64,000 bases of DNA, taken from the NCBI GenBank assembly GCA_021813405.1, contig JAKAKS010000009.1, positions 26,390 to 90,389 of the forward strand, in the 5' to 3' direction. Below, in pieces: positions 16,567 to 26,000 of this stretch. Every line of letters begins with the position of its first letter. Position 1 is the first letter of the stretch. The position numbers and the translations under genes are program-made. The DNA comes from Nitrospirota bacterium (GTDB lineage: Bacteria; Nitrospirota; Thermodesulfovibrionia; Thermodesulfovibrionales; JdFR-88). The notes beneath the pieces are model-generated. The model saw only the letters and a list, made by a program, of their open reading frames with translations. It made no database searches and had not been told where the DNA came from.

Positions 16567-17965
16567 CTGAAGCTACTTTAACCCTGAGTGGTAGTATAAC
16601 ATGAAAAGTGCTCCCAAGGCCCGGCTGACTCTCCGCGCTGATGTAGCCGCCGTGCTTTTCGACTATGCCCTTGCTTATGGCAAGCCCCAGCCCCGTGCCG
16701 GAGCGTTTGGTGGTGAAAAAAGGTTTGAATATGCTCTCCACGGCCTCAGGCGGTATGCCGGCCCCGGTGTCGCTGATAGTGATTTCTATGTTTTTATCTT
16801 CGCCAGGATAGACATTAACGGTAAGCATTCCGCCGCTAGGCATGGAATGAAGCGCGTTCAGCATGACGTTAAGAAATACCTGCTGCATCTGTTCCGGATC
16901 CACTTCAACAGGCTGCACCTCAGGGTTTTCGTACGGCATTATTATGCTGACCCCCTGGGACTCGGCCTGTTTGGCAACCAGCTTCCTGGCCCTCTCTATT
17001 ACCGGGATTATATCGGTCTTTATGGTTATCAGGGCCGGCGGGTTTGCGAAATTGAGCAGGTTTTTTATGGACTGGTCCAGCCGGTCTATCTCGCTTAGTA
17101 TCTCTTTTATTATCTCCCGTCTGGGGTCGTTTTCCTTTATGTCCTCAACAAAAACCTGTATTGCCCCGCTGATGCCTGCAAGCGGATTTTTTATCTCATG
17201 CGCTATCGCGGCGGCCAGCTCGCCCAGGGAGGCCATCTTTTCCATGCGCTTCATGGTGTCCGTGTAGCAGGCCTCCAGCTTCTCCCGCATCTGCCCCATC
17301 TGGCCCATTACCTTGTTTAAGTCGGAGGATATCTCCCCGATCTCGCTTACGGCCGGCTTGAACATTATATTTTTTTCTCCCCGGAGGGCCTTTTTCAGAT
17401 TTCCGGAGATGTCTTTGAGCGGAGTGGCGATGACCTTTGAGTTTATGCACCAGATAGGGCCGAATATGGCCAGAAAGTTAAGGAGGAACTTAAGGCCGGT
17501 ATAAAGCCTCATCTCTTTTATTTTTGCGTGGGTGCGCTTGTCTGCAAGCTCCACGTTTAACACCGAGATTATCTGTCCGTCAGCGCTGTGGCACCTCTGG
17601 CAGGGCCTTTCGTTGTAAATGGGCATGAACACCTCATAAGGGATACCATCGGGGTCCTTGAAGGTGCTGGCTTTAAGGGGAAGGTTCTTGATCCTCAAGT
17701 TGTTCTCCCCGTCCAGCGTGGAAGATACCACCATGCCTCCGGGGCTTATGAGCCGCATGCTCTTTAAGTCCCCGGTGGTTACGTCGGATATAAACTCTCC
17801 GAAGTCCTTCCCCTTGCCTTCAAGCATGAGGGTGACAAGCCCGTTTTTGACTACCTCCGTGGCAACGGAGAGCCTGCGGGCGTTTTCTTCGGCCAGTTGC
17901 TTTTTATTCTCTACGTAGGCACGGAAATGGAACGCGCCCAGCACTATGCAAAGCAGCCCTGCCAT
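16553..17965 (-). CDS. sensor histidine kinase with a CXXCH-containing extracytoplasmic domain
   Basis: The 470-aa ORF has two TM segments flanking a roughly 150-aa domain that carries PCQRCH (nt 17588-17602). It has the HisKA motif IAHEIKNPLAGI and an HATPase domain (DTGAGI, GTGLGLAI). It overlaps the downstream regulator gene by 14 nt. Confidence 0.85.
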   Translation of the reverse strand: MAGLLCIVLGAFHFRAYVENKKQLAEENARRLSVATEVVKNGLVTLMLEGKGKDFGEFISDVTTGDLKSMRLISPGGMVVSSTLDGENNLRIKNLPLKASTFKDPDGIPYEVFMPIYNERPCQRCHSADGQIISVLNVELADKRTHAKIKEMRLYTGLKFLLNFLAIFGPIWCINSKVIATPLKDISGNLKKALRGEKNIMFKPAVSEIGEISSDLNKVMGQMGQMREKLEACYTDTMKRMEKMASLGELAAAIAHEIKNPLAGISGAIQVFVEDIKENDPRREIIKEILSEIDRLDQSIKNLLNFANPPALITIKTDIIPVIERARKLVAKQAESQGVSIIMPYENPEVQPVEVDPEQMQQVFLNVMLNALHSMPSGGMLTVNVYPGEDKNIEITISDTGAGIPPEAVESIFKPFFTTKRSGTGLGLAISKGIVEKHGGYISAESQPGLGSTFHVILPLRVKVASDGQG

Positions 17966-18009
17966 GCGCAGGGTATTTCTGGCCTCCAGGCCCGTAAAAA
18001 TGCCCTTTT

Positions 18010-19113
18010 TTATTGCCCGTTCCCGTAGGAGTGCAGTCCGCTCAGGAGCAGGTTAACAACCAGATAAGTGCATATCACGGATACAAAACCCATGACCGAA
18101 ACTACCGCAATCTTGTGCCCCCTCCATCCTCTTAAAAGGCGGGCGTGGAGGTAGAAGGCGTATACAAGCCAGGTGATGAGCGACCAGACTTCCTTGGGGT
18201 CCCAGCTCCAGTAAACGCCCCAGGCCTGGTCTGCCCAGATGGCCCCGAATATGAGCCCGCCCAGGGTAAAAATCGGGAACCCTATCGCTATGCCTTTGTA
18301 GGTTATTTCATCCAGGGTAGCGGCTGACATCCCGAACCCCTCTATTACTTTTTTGAGCCCGGCCCCAAAGTACCATACCCCTGTTATCACAAGCCCGGCC
18401 AGCAAAACGCTGAATGCCTGCACCGCGCCGGAATCGCTCCTGAATGTGCTCCTGAATAGATAGCTTTTTACGAAGTTCTCCGAGGTAAGCCCCAGCTCCT
18501 TGTACCTGAACCAGTCAATCCCCATGGCGGCAAGCACGGTTATTATTATGCCCAGCCCTACTGTCCAGAATACGTAAGCCGGCTCGTTTTTATGCGTGGA
18601 GACTATAAGGTACATAAGCCCGGTGCTGAACGAGAGCGCGAACATGGAGTAGGATATGAAGCTCAAGGTCACATGCGCCAGCAGCCAGTTGCTCTGCAGG
18701 GCCGGCACCAGCGGCTCTATTTCCTTGAAGCCCGGGTTGGAAGCCCCTGATATCTCTATGAAGAGCAGTGCCAGGGCGGCTATCGGGGTTACGAACGCAC
18801 CAAAAGAACGGTTCTGGTATCTGCGTTCTATTATTAAATATCCAAGCATCAGGCACCAGACAAAAAATATAAGCGATTCATAAAGATTGGTAATCGGCAG
18901 CGCCCTTAAAAGCGAACTGCCCGCTCCCATGACCTGGTGGAGCTGCACGCCCCTGAGGATTATCGCGATGGTCTGGCAGGCAAAACCAATCGTGGCAACG
19001 GTTGTGGCTGTTACTCCAATACCCTTTTTCTTAAAGGCAATGTACGTTATATATATGGCCATAGCTACCATATACGCTATTGTGGAAATGCCAAAAAATT
19101 GTGAGCTGTTCAT
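18010..19113 (-). CDS. ccsA: cytochrome c-type biogenesis protein CcsA/ResC (system II)
   Basis: The 367-aa polytopic ORF has the canonical Trp-rich motif WADQAWGVYWSWDPKEVWSLITWLVYAFYLHARLLRGWRG. Confidence 0.9.
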   Translation of the reverse strand: MNSSQFFGISTIAYMVAMAIYITYIAFKKKGIGVTATTVATIGFACQTIAIILRGVQLHQVMGAGSSLLRALPITNLYESLIFFVWCLMLGYLIIERRYQNRSFGAFVTPIAALALLFIEISGASNPGFKEIEPLVPALQSNWLLAHVTLSFISYSMFALSFSTGLMYLIVSTHKNEPAYVFWTVGLGIIITVLAAMGIDWFRYKELGLTSENFVKSYLFRSTFRSDSGAVQAFSVLLAGLVITGVWYFGAGLKKVIEGFGMSAATLDEITYKGIAIGFPIFTLGGLIFGAIWADQAWGVYWSWDPKEVWSLITWLVYAFYLHARLLRGWRGHKIAVVSVMGFVSVICTYLVVNLLLSGLHSYGNGQ

Positions 19114-19117
19114 CCGG

Positions 19118-20677
19118 TTATTTACCTCCTTCGGCCAGATGAGCCTTTAATTTCTCAATCTGCCTTTCAAAGGCATATCTGTTTTTATTTGCGGAAGCGG
19201 CGATTATGGCCTTTGCGCCTCCTTTTTCGTTCACAATCCTAACCCAAATCCGCCTGTGGCTCATGAAGAATGCCACGAAAAGTCCTAGCCCAAGCATAAG
19301 ACAGCCAAGATATACTATCCATACCCCCGGGTCCCTGCGTACCTGAAGCCCGGTGTACTGCACGCCCCAGAACTCCTTCAGTTTAAGGATGCTGCCGTCG
19401 CCCAGGCTCCAGGTCTGAGGATATCTTTTCAATATCCATTTATAGGCTTTGGTGTCTCCGGAGTTTATCTGCACCTCTACAGCCGGGTTGTTCATCATAT
19501 GGGCATAAGCGTAAGGCCTGCCCGATTCATCAAATGCCAGGGCAGGGTTAAAATCCACCAGCTTTACCGTGGCCCCGGTGCCTGGCATTTTTATTGACTC
19601 ACCGATCTTGAGCCGCATGGTTTCCGAAGCACCGCCGGGCCCCTTGGCATCCAGTATCGCAACCCCGTTATTAAAATTATCAAGCTGACCATAGCTGGAC
19701 TGGTAAACGGTCACCCCTTTGTACTTTAGCGGCTTGTTTACCTCTATCTGTTTGGTGAGCACCTCTTTCCCGTCATCTATTACCGTGAGTTTGCTCTTAT
19801 AAGCCTTTGGCTGGTCCGTATCGCCATAAAAATCAACATTAAAATTATCGCAGCGAAGGGCGAACCCAAGCGGGTAAATGCCCAGTGATTTCATTATGCC
19901 GGCAAGCTGGCTCTGGCTTACGTTCAGGGCGCTGGCAAGCTGGGGCAGGTTTGAGTTGGTAGCTTCCAGCAGGTCCATCAGCCTTTGCTGGGCGTCGGCT
20001 TGTGCCTGGGAGCCCATCTGCTGGTCCCTGTATGCAACGGTGGCGGTTTCGCCCTCCGGAAGACTGAGCACCCCTTTGAAACCAAACCACTTCCCGGCAA
20101 CGGCGCCTACCATGATAACGATTATGCTTACATGTGTAATGTATACGCCAAGACGGCTCCATGCGTGCTTTTGGGTATATATCTGCACCTCATCGCCGGA
20201 TGAATGTTCATGCGGGACGAACCCGATTTTTTTAAATGCTTCGCGGGCCACGTCTGCAGGCTGGCCTTTCCCGGCAAACTTTACCTCGGCCTTTATCTGG
20301 GCGCCTCTGAAAGCTTCCGGGGGCATTGGGGCGGCCGGGGCCTTCACAATCTTCCATATACCAGGAAACCTGTCTATGGAGCACACCAGCAGGTTGGCCG
20401 CAAAGAGCGCTAATAATGAGAGGAACCACCAGGAGCGGTACATATTCATAAAGTCCATCGCGTTCAGTATCCTGTACATCATGGGGGCTGCGTTGATGCC
20501 AACCAGGTGCGACAGTACCCTCATGTTTACTTCCGGCGCGGCATTCTGCTCAAGGATCGTTCCCACTATTGATGTAAGGGCGATCAGCGAGAAAACTACA
20601 ATGGCAAGCTTTATTGATGAAAAAAAAGACCAGACCTTGTCGGAAAAGGTTTCTTTCTTGCTTTCCCGTTCTTCCAA
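19118..20677 (-). CDS. resB: cytochrome c biogenesis protein ResB/Ccs1/CcsB (system II)
   Basis: The 519-aa ORF has a TTG start after AAAGGAG. It carries FFSSIKLAIVVFSLIALTSIVGTILEQ, a large soluble central domain and a C-terminal DPGVWIVYLGCLMLGLGLFVAFF segment. It sits 4 nt upstream of ccsA. Confidence 0.9.
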   Translation of the reverse strand: MEERESKKETFSDKVWSFFSSIKLAIVVFSLIALTSIVGTILEQNAAPEVNMRVLSHLVGINAAPMMYRILNAMDFMNMYRSWWFLSLLALFAANLLVCSIDRFPGIWKIVKAPAAPMPPEAFRGAQIKAEVKFAGKGQPADVAREAFKKIGFVPHEHSSGDEVQIYTQKHAWSRLGVYITHVSIIVIMVGAVAGKWFGFKGVLSLPEGETATVAYRDQQMGSQAQADAQQRLMDLLEATNSNLPQLASALNVSQSQLAGIMKSLGIYPLGFALRCDNFNVDFYGDTDQPKAYKSKLTVIDDGKEVLTKQIEVNKPLKYKGVTVYQSSYGQLDNFNNGVAILDAKGPGGASETMRLKIGESIKMPGTGATVKLVDFNPALAFDESGRPYAYAHMMNNPAVEVQINSGDTKAYKWILKRYPQTWSLGDGSILKLKEFWGVQYTGLQVRRDPGVWIVYLGCLMLGLGLFVAFFMSHRRIWVRIVNEKGGAKAIIAASANKNRYAFERQIEKLKAHLAEGGK

Positions 20678-20792
20678 ATCGGCGCTCCTTTCAAAATCAG
20701 AACGTTGGGCACGTTATCGATAATAATATTTCCCACGTGGAAATAGCAATTTCAGGCAGGGGAGGCGGGCAATTGAAAATTCCGGGGGTGGA

Positions 20793-21074
20793 CTAATCCG
20801 CTGCGCTTTGGGATTTTGCCAGAAGAAGCGGGAGCCGTCCGCCCGCTATCTGGCCGATTACCGCGGCCGGCACGGACACCAGCACGTAAACAAAATGCAG
20901 ATCCAGAACAAACAGCCTGGCTAAAATTATGAAAGGTATGGACAGGTGAATGTATAAAAACCATTTGAACGAGCGCTTTGCAACCTTGCTTCTTAAATAT
21001 CCCAGCGGCAGGTTAAGCGTGAGGGCAATCAGAAACAGCAGCGCCGCGCGGTCTATATCCGGCAAATGGGCCAT
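20793..21074 (-). CDS. small three-TM membrane protein, function unknown
   Basis: The 93-aa ORF has three hydrophobic segments and only a weak Shine-Dalgarno sequence. I recognise no family. Confidence 0.45.
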   Translation of the reverse strand: MAHLPDIDRAALLFLIALTLNLPLGYLRSKVAKRSFKWFLYIHLSIPFIILARLFVLDLHFVYVLVSVPAAVIGQIAGGRLPLLLAKSQSAAD

Positions 21075-21134
21075 CTTCTAAAAGTACCTAATACCTGTAC
21101 AGGCTGTCAATCACTTATAATAGTAAGTCTTAAA

Positions 21135-21398
21135 ATGCTCAACCCTCAAATTGCAAATTATATCGGGCTGGCTGCCGGCGGCCTCACCACGGCCTCCTAC
21201 ATACCTCAGGTGCTTAGGATACTGAGGCAGAGGTCAGCAAAGGACATCTCTGTCTGGATGTTTCTTGCCCTGGTGACGGGGCTTTTGCTCTGGGCCGTTT
21301 ACGGGGTGCTTATACATTCATTCCCTGTAATAATTACAAACATAATCTCATTGCTGCTGGCCGCAGCCGTAATCGTCCTGAAGAAGAAATACGGATAA
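21135..21398 (+). CDS. SemiSWEET / PQ-loop family small transporter
   Basis: The tracked ORF starts at 21066, and I use the ATG at 21135. This gives 87 aa with three TM segments and the PQ motif (SYIPQVLRIL). Confidence 0.75.
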   Translation: MLNPQIANYIGLAAGGLTTASYIPQVLRILRQRSAKDISVWMFLALVTGLLLWAVYGVLIHSFPVIITNIISLLLAAAVIVLKKKYG

Positions 21399-21808
21399 TG
21401 CCCCCCCGGATGGACCCTGCAGCTGCCGCTTCCTTAATGCTGAGGACGTTCGACGAACTGTCTCCGTTTATCGAGATGCATACAGCCAGGGTCTGCCCCA
21501 ATTGCCCGAAGGTATGCTGCGCAAACAAGCATGGTCTGCCGGAGAAGGAGGACCTTATATTCTTCAGCGCGGCGGGCCTTCAGCCGGAACCCGCGGCGGG
21601 GCCGCCGGATGAGGTATGCAGCCTTCTGGCCGCCAGGGGATGCCTGCTGCCCAGGGCAAGGCGGCCGTTCAGGTGTACGTGGTATTTCTGCGCCCCGCTT
21701 CTGGAATCCATGCGGGCCGGCAATGCGCGCGATTACCGCAGGTTTGTTGATGCGCTGGACAGGCTTGTAAAACTGAGGGAGCGGCTTCTAAGATGCTCGG
21801 CCTGCTGA
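21398..21808 (+). CDS. YkgJ/UPF0153-like cysteine-cluster (Zn/Fe-chelating) protein
   Basis: The 136-aa ORF has CPNCPKVCC and CSLLAARGCLLPRARRPFRCTWYFC, which resemble the YkgJ family pattern. Its ATG overlaps the SemiSWEET stop codon (TAATG). Confidence 0.6.
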   Translation: MPPRMDPAAAASLMLRTFDELSPFIEMHTARVCPNCPKVCCANKHGLPEKEDLIFFSAAGLQPEPAAGPPDEVCSLLAARGCLLPRARRPFRCTWYFCAPLLESMRAGNARDYRRFVDALDRLVKLRERLLRCSAC

Positions 21809-22998
21809 AAATACTGTTTACCCTTGCCTTCCTTGTTGTGCTGCTGCGGAAAAGGATGCGGGTGGGTTATGTGCTGCTGCTTGGGGCGCTTCTGCTGGCG
21901 GTAATGTACCTGATGCCGCCCATGGCCGTTCTTTCCGCGATAGGCGGGGCGCTGAAGAATACTGAAACCGTCAAGCTTGCCATTGCGCTTACGGCGATAC
22001 GGGGGTTTGAGCTTGTCACCAGGGAAAACGATGTGATGAGCAGGATGATGCTGGCTGCCAAAGGCATGCTGAGGGGCAGAAAGGCCTTCATAATATCCAT
22101 GCCTGTTCTGATAGGGATGCTGCCGTCCATAGGCGGGGCCTACTTTTCCGCCCCGATGGTGGAGGAGTCAACAAAAGGCCTGGCGATGAAGCCTGATGAG
22201 AAAGGGTTTATCAATTACTGGTTCCGGCACCCGTGGGAGTACATACTGCCCCTCTATCCGGGGCTGGTGCTTGCGGCGGCGCTTACCGGTTATGACATCC
22301 GGTCCATAATACTTTTCAATCTCCCGTATTCCATAACCATAATGCTTGCCGGATTTATATTCAGCATGAGGGGCCATATGAAGGAGCATGTGCCTGTTGA
22401 CAGGAAGTCCGCAATCAAAAACCTCCCCAGCTTTATCCCTGTGCTGTCCGTGCTTGTGCTGGTTATAGTCTTTGGGCTGGGGCTCCACTTGGCCCTTCTT
22501 GCCGGCCTTGCCGGCCTCGTCCTGTATTTCCGCTACACCCCGCGAGGAGTCATCAGGATATTTAAACACTGCCTTCAGCCGGACGTAATCTTTCTGATAG
22601 CGGGGGCGATGATCTTCCAGGAGGTCATGAAAGATTCCGGCGCCGTTGCCAACCTCAGCCGGTTTTTCGAAAGTACGGGCATACCGCTTATGCCGCTTCT
22701 GTTTGTGCTGCCGTTTGTAAGCGGGCTTCTGACGGGGCTGTCGGTGGGTTTTGTAAGCGCCACGTTTCCGTTGATACTCAGCCTTCCGGCGGGGCGCGCG
22801 CTTCCTAACGTGTCATTTGCCTACGCCTCCGGTTTCCTGGGGGTGCTCTTAAGCCCGGTGCACGTCTGCTTTATCCTTTCCAGGGAATATTTCAAGGCCG
22901 ATATGTGGGCCATGTATAAAAAAATCCTGCCAGCGGCCGGTATGGTGTTTGCCGTGGCCGTTACGGAACGTCTGCTTGTTATGCATGGCGTGTTATAA
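21793..22998 (+). CDS. polytopic membrane protein, putative permease (DUF401-like by recollection)
   Basis: The 401-aa ORF has about 10 TM segments and overlaps the previous gene by 16 nt. The family assignment comes from memory of N-terminal features only. Confidence 0.5.
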   Translation: MLGLLKILFTLAFLVVLLRKRMRVGYVLLLGALLLAVMYLMPPMAVLSAIGGALKNTETVKLAIALTAIRGFELVTRENDVMSRMMLAAKGMLRGRKAFIISMPVLIGMLPSIGGAYFSAPMVEESTKGLAMKPDEKGFINYWFRHPWEYILPLYPGLVLAAALTGYDIRSIILFNLPYSITIMLAGFIFSMRGHMKEHVPVDRKSAIKNLPSFIPVLSVLVLVIVFGLGLHLALLAGLAGLVLYFRYTPRGVIRIFKHCLQPDVIFLIAGAMIFQEVMKDSGAVANLSRFFESTGIPLMPLLFVLPFVSGLLTGLSVGFVSATFPLILSLPAGRALPNVSFAYASGFLGVLLSPVHVCFILSREYFKADMWAMYKKILPAAGMVFAVAVTERLLVMHGVL

Positions 22999-23004
22999 GC
23001 AGTT

Positions 23005-24801
23005 TTATTGCTTAATCCCGGCAAGCATGTTCAGGTTCCGGGCGCACGCGGAGCATGTTGGGTTCAAGGCAAGCGCCCTGGTAAAATCGGCGCGGGCCGC
23101 CCTATAAAGTTTTTGCCGGCCCTCTTCGGCCCCCAGAAGGTTGAACGCCTCATAATCGTAGGGCATCCGCGTTGCCGCAAGCCGCAGGATTTCCAGCGAC
23201 TGCGCGGGCTTGCCGGTTGCATCGTAAAAGTCCGACAGCCGTTCGTAGCCTTCAATATCGCTGGTGTCCATCTCCAGGGCTTTTTTATAAGCGTCTTCCG
23301 CCTGGGCGTATTTCTTTTCGGCATAGAGGGCGTTTCCAAGGTTCTGATACACCTGTGCGTAAGGCTTTACGGCAAGTATCATCCTGAAATGCTTTTCGGC
23401 CATCGCGTAATTGCCGGTTTTCTCGTAGATAACACCCAGATTATTGTGCACGGCGTACATGTCCGGCCTCACGGCAAGGGCCTTCTCCCATAACGCCTGG
23501 GCCTCTTTGAGGTTGCCTTCCTTATACATCCTGTTGCCGAGGTTGTAATAGCCCTTGTAGGCGGAGGGCTCCGTCCTGATCATGTCCGTATAGAGCGCCT
23601 GGTCATTTTCCCATACGGGATTGCGAATAACAGTTAAAGCCGAAAGCGCGCAGATATAAAGCGCAAAAACAGTTATGGCCGCCTTTCTCTTTTTTTGCAT
23701 CCTGCGCTCAAAAACAATCCCCACAAAAACCGAAACGCCCGCAAGCGGGATGTAAAGGTATCGTTCGGCCATAAGGCTGCCGCTTACCGGGATAACGTTC
23801 ATTACCGGGGCCAGGAAGGCCAGGAACCAGAGCGCCGGGTATAAAACGAGCCTGTTTTTCCTGTATTTGAAAAGGGCTGTCCCCAACGCGGCCAGCACGG
23901 CCAGGCAGATCCATTTAAGCGCAGTGGGCTGCAATTCTATATTGTATTGAGCCTTCAGCCAAAGCGGAACGAAGGAAAGCCTGAGATAGGTCAGCAAAAC
24001 CTCCGGCATCGAGAGCATCCTTAAAGGAAGCTTGGGCAGCGCCAGCGATGTGCCGGCCACGCCTTTAAGCACATAACTTCTCATCCCCAGATAAAGCGCG
24101 GCAGCGGCAGCAAAAGGCGCGTAGTCCAGCGGCCGGCTTTTTTCACCTGCGGCCTTTATACGGCGTAAATCGTAGAAAACAATTACAAAAGGCAGCATCA
24201 GTGCAAATTCCTTGAAAGCCGCCCCCGCAAGGAAGGAAAAAGCGGAGGCTGCAAGCAGCAGCTTTCCCCTTGACCCTTCCTCCCTGTATTTCATGAAGGC
24301 AAGCAGTGAGGCAAGGGTGAAAACCGCGCACAGCATATTGTTTCTGCCCGTGATGAAGTCCACCGCCTCGGTATTGGCCGGGTGGACGCCAAAAAAGAGG
24401 CTTGCGGCAAACGCGGCATATGCCGAGCCCGATATCCGCAGGCATAAAAGAAATACCAGCAGGACCGCAAGCAGGTTGTAGATTATATTGCTCAGGTGAT
24501 AGCCTGCCGGGTTTAACCCCCAGATGTAGTAATCCAGCATGTGGGGCAGGGGCGAAAGCGGCCTGTAGTAGCCCGCGTGCACATTGTCTATAATGTCCTC
24601 GCTAAGAAGGATATGCGGGATGTTCCGCACATCCTTTATCACGGGATTGTCTACTATAAGCGGCTTGTCGTCATAAACGAATCCGTAAGAGAGCGTCTGT
24701 AAGTGAACAAGCGCGCCAAGGGCAAGCGAGATAGCAAGAAGCAGGGCCGTCCGGCGGTTTTTCCAGGATGCCCGGTTGCTTGAACCGTCCAGTCCGGTCA
24801 A
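23005..24801 (-). CDS. GT-C-like membrane glycosyltransferase with a C-terminal TPR domain (TMTC/PMT-like)
   Basis: The 598-aa ORF has a roughly 400-aa N-terminal multi-TM region beginning [17 protein letters not shown], as in TMTC/PMT-type enzymes. The C-terminal region of about 200 aa consists of TPR repeats ([25 protein letters not shown]...). Confidence 0.65.
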   Translation of the reverse strand: MTGLDGSSNRASWKNRRTALLLAISLALGALVHLQTLSYGFVYDDKPLIVDNPVIKDVRNIPHILLSEDIIDNVHAGYYRPLSPLPHMLDYYIWGLNPAGYHLSNIIYNLLAVLLVFLLCLRISGSAYAAFAASLFFGVHPANTEAVDFITGRNNMLCAVFTLASLLAFMKYREEGSRGKLLLAASAFSFLAGAAFKEFALMLPFVIVFYDLRRIKAAGEKSRPLDYAPFAAAAALYLGMRSYVLKGVAGTSLALPKLPLRMLSMPEVLLTYLRLSFVPLWLKAQYNIELQPTALKWICLAVLAALGTALFKYRKNRLVLYPALWFLAFLAPVMNVIPVSGSLMAERYLYIPLAGVSVFVGIVFERRMQKKRKAAITVFALYICALSALTVIRNPVWENDQALYTDMIRTEPSAYKGYYNLGNRMYKEGNLKEAQALWEKALAVRPDMYAVHNNLGVIYEKTGNYAMAEKHFRMILAVKPYAQVYQNLGNALYAEKKYAQAEDAYKKALEMDTSDIEGYERLSDFYDATGKPAQSLEILRLAATRMPYDYEAFNLLGAEEGRQKLYRAARADFTRALALNPTCSACARNLNMLAGIKQ

Positions 24802-25583
24802 TGCTTCCTGCCTTGCCCCGCCTCGCTCAGAAGTTTTTTACCGCCCGGATTGAATATCGGCGGGTTGGCAAGCCCCCATTTATGCAGCCGGAACTGAAGG
24901 GACGTCTTGAGCACCCCCAGCCCGTATGTGACGCTCCTTTTGAAATTGATCGATGAGGCCTCGTCAAAGTACTTTGCCGGGCAGGATATCTCGCCTATCG
25001 AGTAGCCGAAATAGACGGCCTGGGCAAGCATCTGGTTGTCGAATATGAAATCATCGGAGTTCTCGTTAAGAGGAAGCGTCTCCAGTACCCGCCTTGAAAA
25101 CCCCCTGTAACCCGTGTGGTACTCCGAGAGCTTCTTGCCCATTAAAAGGTTCTGGGTAAGCGTGAGCATCCTGTTGGAGATATATTTGTATGTGGGCATG
25201 CCGCCTTTCAGGGCGCCTTCGGACAGAACTCGGGAGCCTATCACTATATCGTACTGGCCCACGGCTATCAGCGCAGCCATTGAAACAAGCAGCTTCGGTG
25301 TGTACTGGTAATCCGGGTGCAGCATGATCACCACGTCCGCCCCCATCTTCAGGGCCTCGGAATAGCAGGTCTTCTGGTTGCCGCCGTACCCCTTGTTTTG
25401 AAGGTGCGCCACGCTCTTGATGCCAAGCTCGCCAGCAACCAGCACAGTGTTGTCCGTGCTGGCGTCGTCCACCAGGAGGACCTCGTCTATGTACTCTCGC
25501 GGTATTTCCTCGTAAGTTTTCTGAAGGGTCTTTTCGGCGTTGTACGCGGGCATTACAACGACTATCTTTTTACCAAAGATCAT
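24798..25583 (-). CDS. family 2 glycosyltransferase (polyprenyl-phosphate sugar synthase-like)
   Basis: The 261-aa ORF has [12 protein letters not shown] and [10 protein letters not shown]. It overlaps the downstream GT-C/TPR gene by 4 nt. Confidence 0.85.
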   Translation of the reverse strand: MIFGKKIVVVMPAYNAEKTLQKTYEEIPREYIDEVLLVDDASTDNTVLVAGELGIKSVAHLQNKGYGGNQKTCYSEALKMGADVVIMLHPDYQYTPKLLVSMAALIAVGQYDIVIGSRVLSEGALKGGMPTYKYISNRMLTLTQNLLMGKKLSEYHTGYRGFSRRVLETLPLNENSDDFIFDNQMLAQAVYFGYSIGEISCPAKYFDEASSINFKRSVTYGLGVLKTSLQFRLHKWGLANPPIFNPGGKKLLSEAGQGRKH

Positions 25584-25660
25584 CTGCGTTTCCCTTTCCA
25601 GCGGAAGAAGTCCGGCCTCTTATTTTTGCCCAGAGTCCGTTTAAAGTCAAATTTTGGCCA

Positions 25661-25744
25661 GGACCTGTCTCCAGCCCGCCTTTTCTCCTTGGCTGCAGCA
25701 ATTCCCTCTCTCTTTGCCTGCCGAAGCAATTTTGAGGCAGGGCC
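25661..25744 (+). repeat. TIR hairpin element, degenerate copy D
   Basis: GGACCTGTCTCC...TTTTCTCCTTGGCTGCAGCAATTCCCTCTCTCTTTGCCTGCCGAAGCAATTTTGAGGCAGGGCC matches the left end and right half of copies A and B. Confidence 0.55.
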
Positions 25745-25770
25745 TGATAACCGGCAAAATATCGGGAAGA

Positions 25771-25872
25771 GGCGGCTTAAAACAGCCCTTTCTTTTTATA
25801 TGTTCCGGCCATTTCGGGATTTGCCTTTGATTTCAAGTGGTTGGTTCCGGAATTTTGTTCCGTCTGTTCCAT
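25771..25872 (-). repeat. repeat X (paired with 51960-52068); contains a 31-codon ORF at 25777-25872
   Basis: The core ATATGTTCCGGCCATTTCGGG and the segment TTGTTCCGTCTGTTCCAT align with the reverse complement of 51960-52068. The minus-strand ORF reads MEQTEQNSGTNHLKSKANPEMAGTYKKKGLF. Confidence 0.6.
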
Positions 25873-25956
25873 AAAGCAGCCCTGCATAAAAAGCCCTTGC
25901 CGGCAAGCTCCGGGAAGGCCGGAGGCCCCCCGCCTAACTGGTATAACACGGGAAAG

Positions 25957-26000
25957 CATGACATGGTCAATATGACGTGCTTCATGGAATTGTTATCATG
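25957..26000 (-). repeat. ATGACAT-rich repeat, diverged copy P2
   Basis: catgacatggtcaatatgacgtgcttcatggaattgttatcatg aligns with copy P3 (catgacattgtccatgtgacatatgtcataaagttcatgtcagg) at roughly 60% by eye. Confidence 0.4.

Noticed and set aside
20678-20792. Sigma-54 (-24/-12) promoters near the resB operon, the porin gene and elsewhere.
   Set aside because: Several TGGCAC or TTGC strings occur (for example 41575 and 35130), but none has the TGGCAC-N5-TTGCW spacing in a promoter position. The best candidate upstream of resB (CTGCCTGAAATTGCT) lacks the GG.
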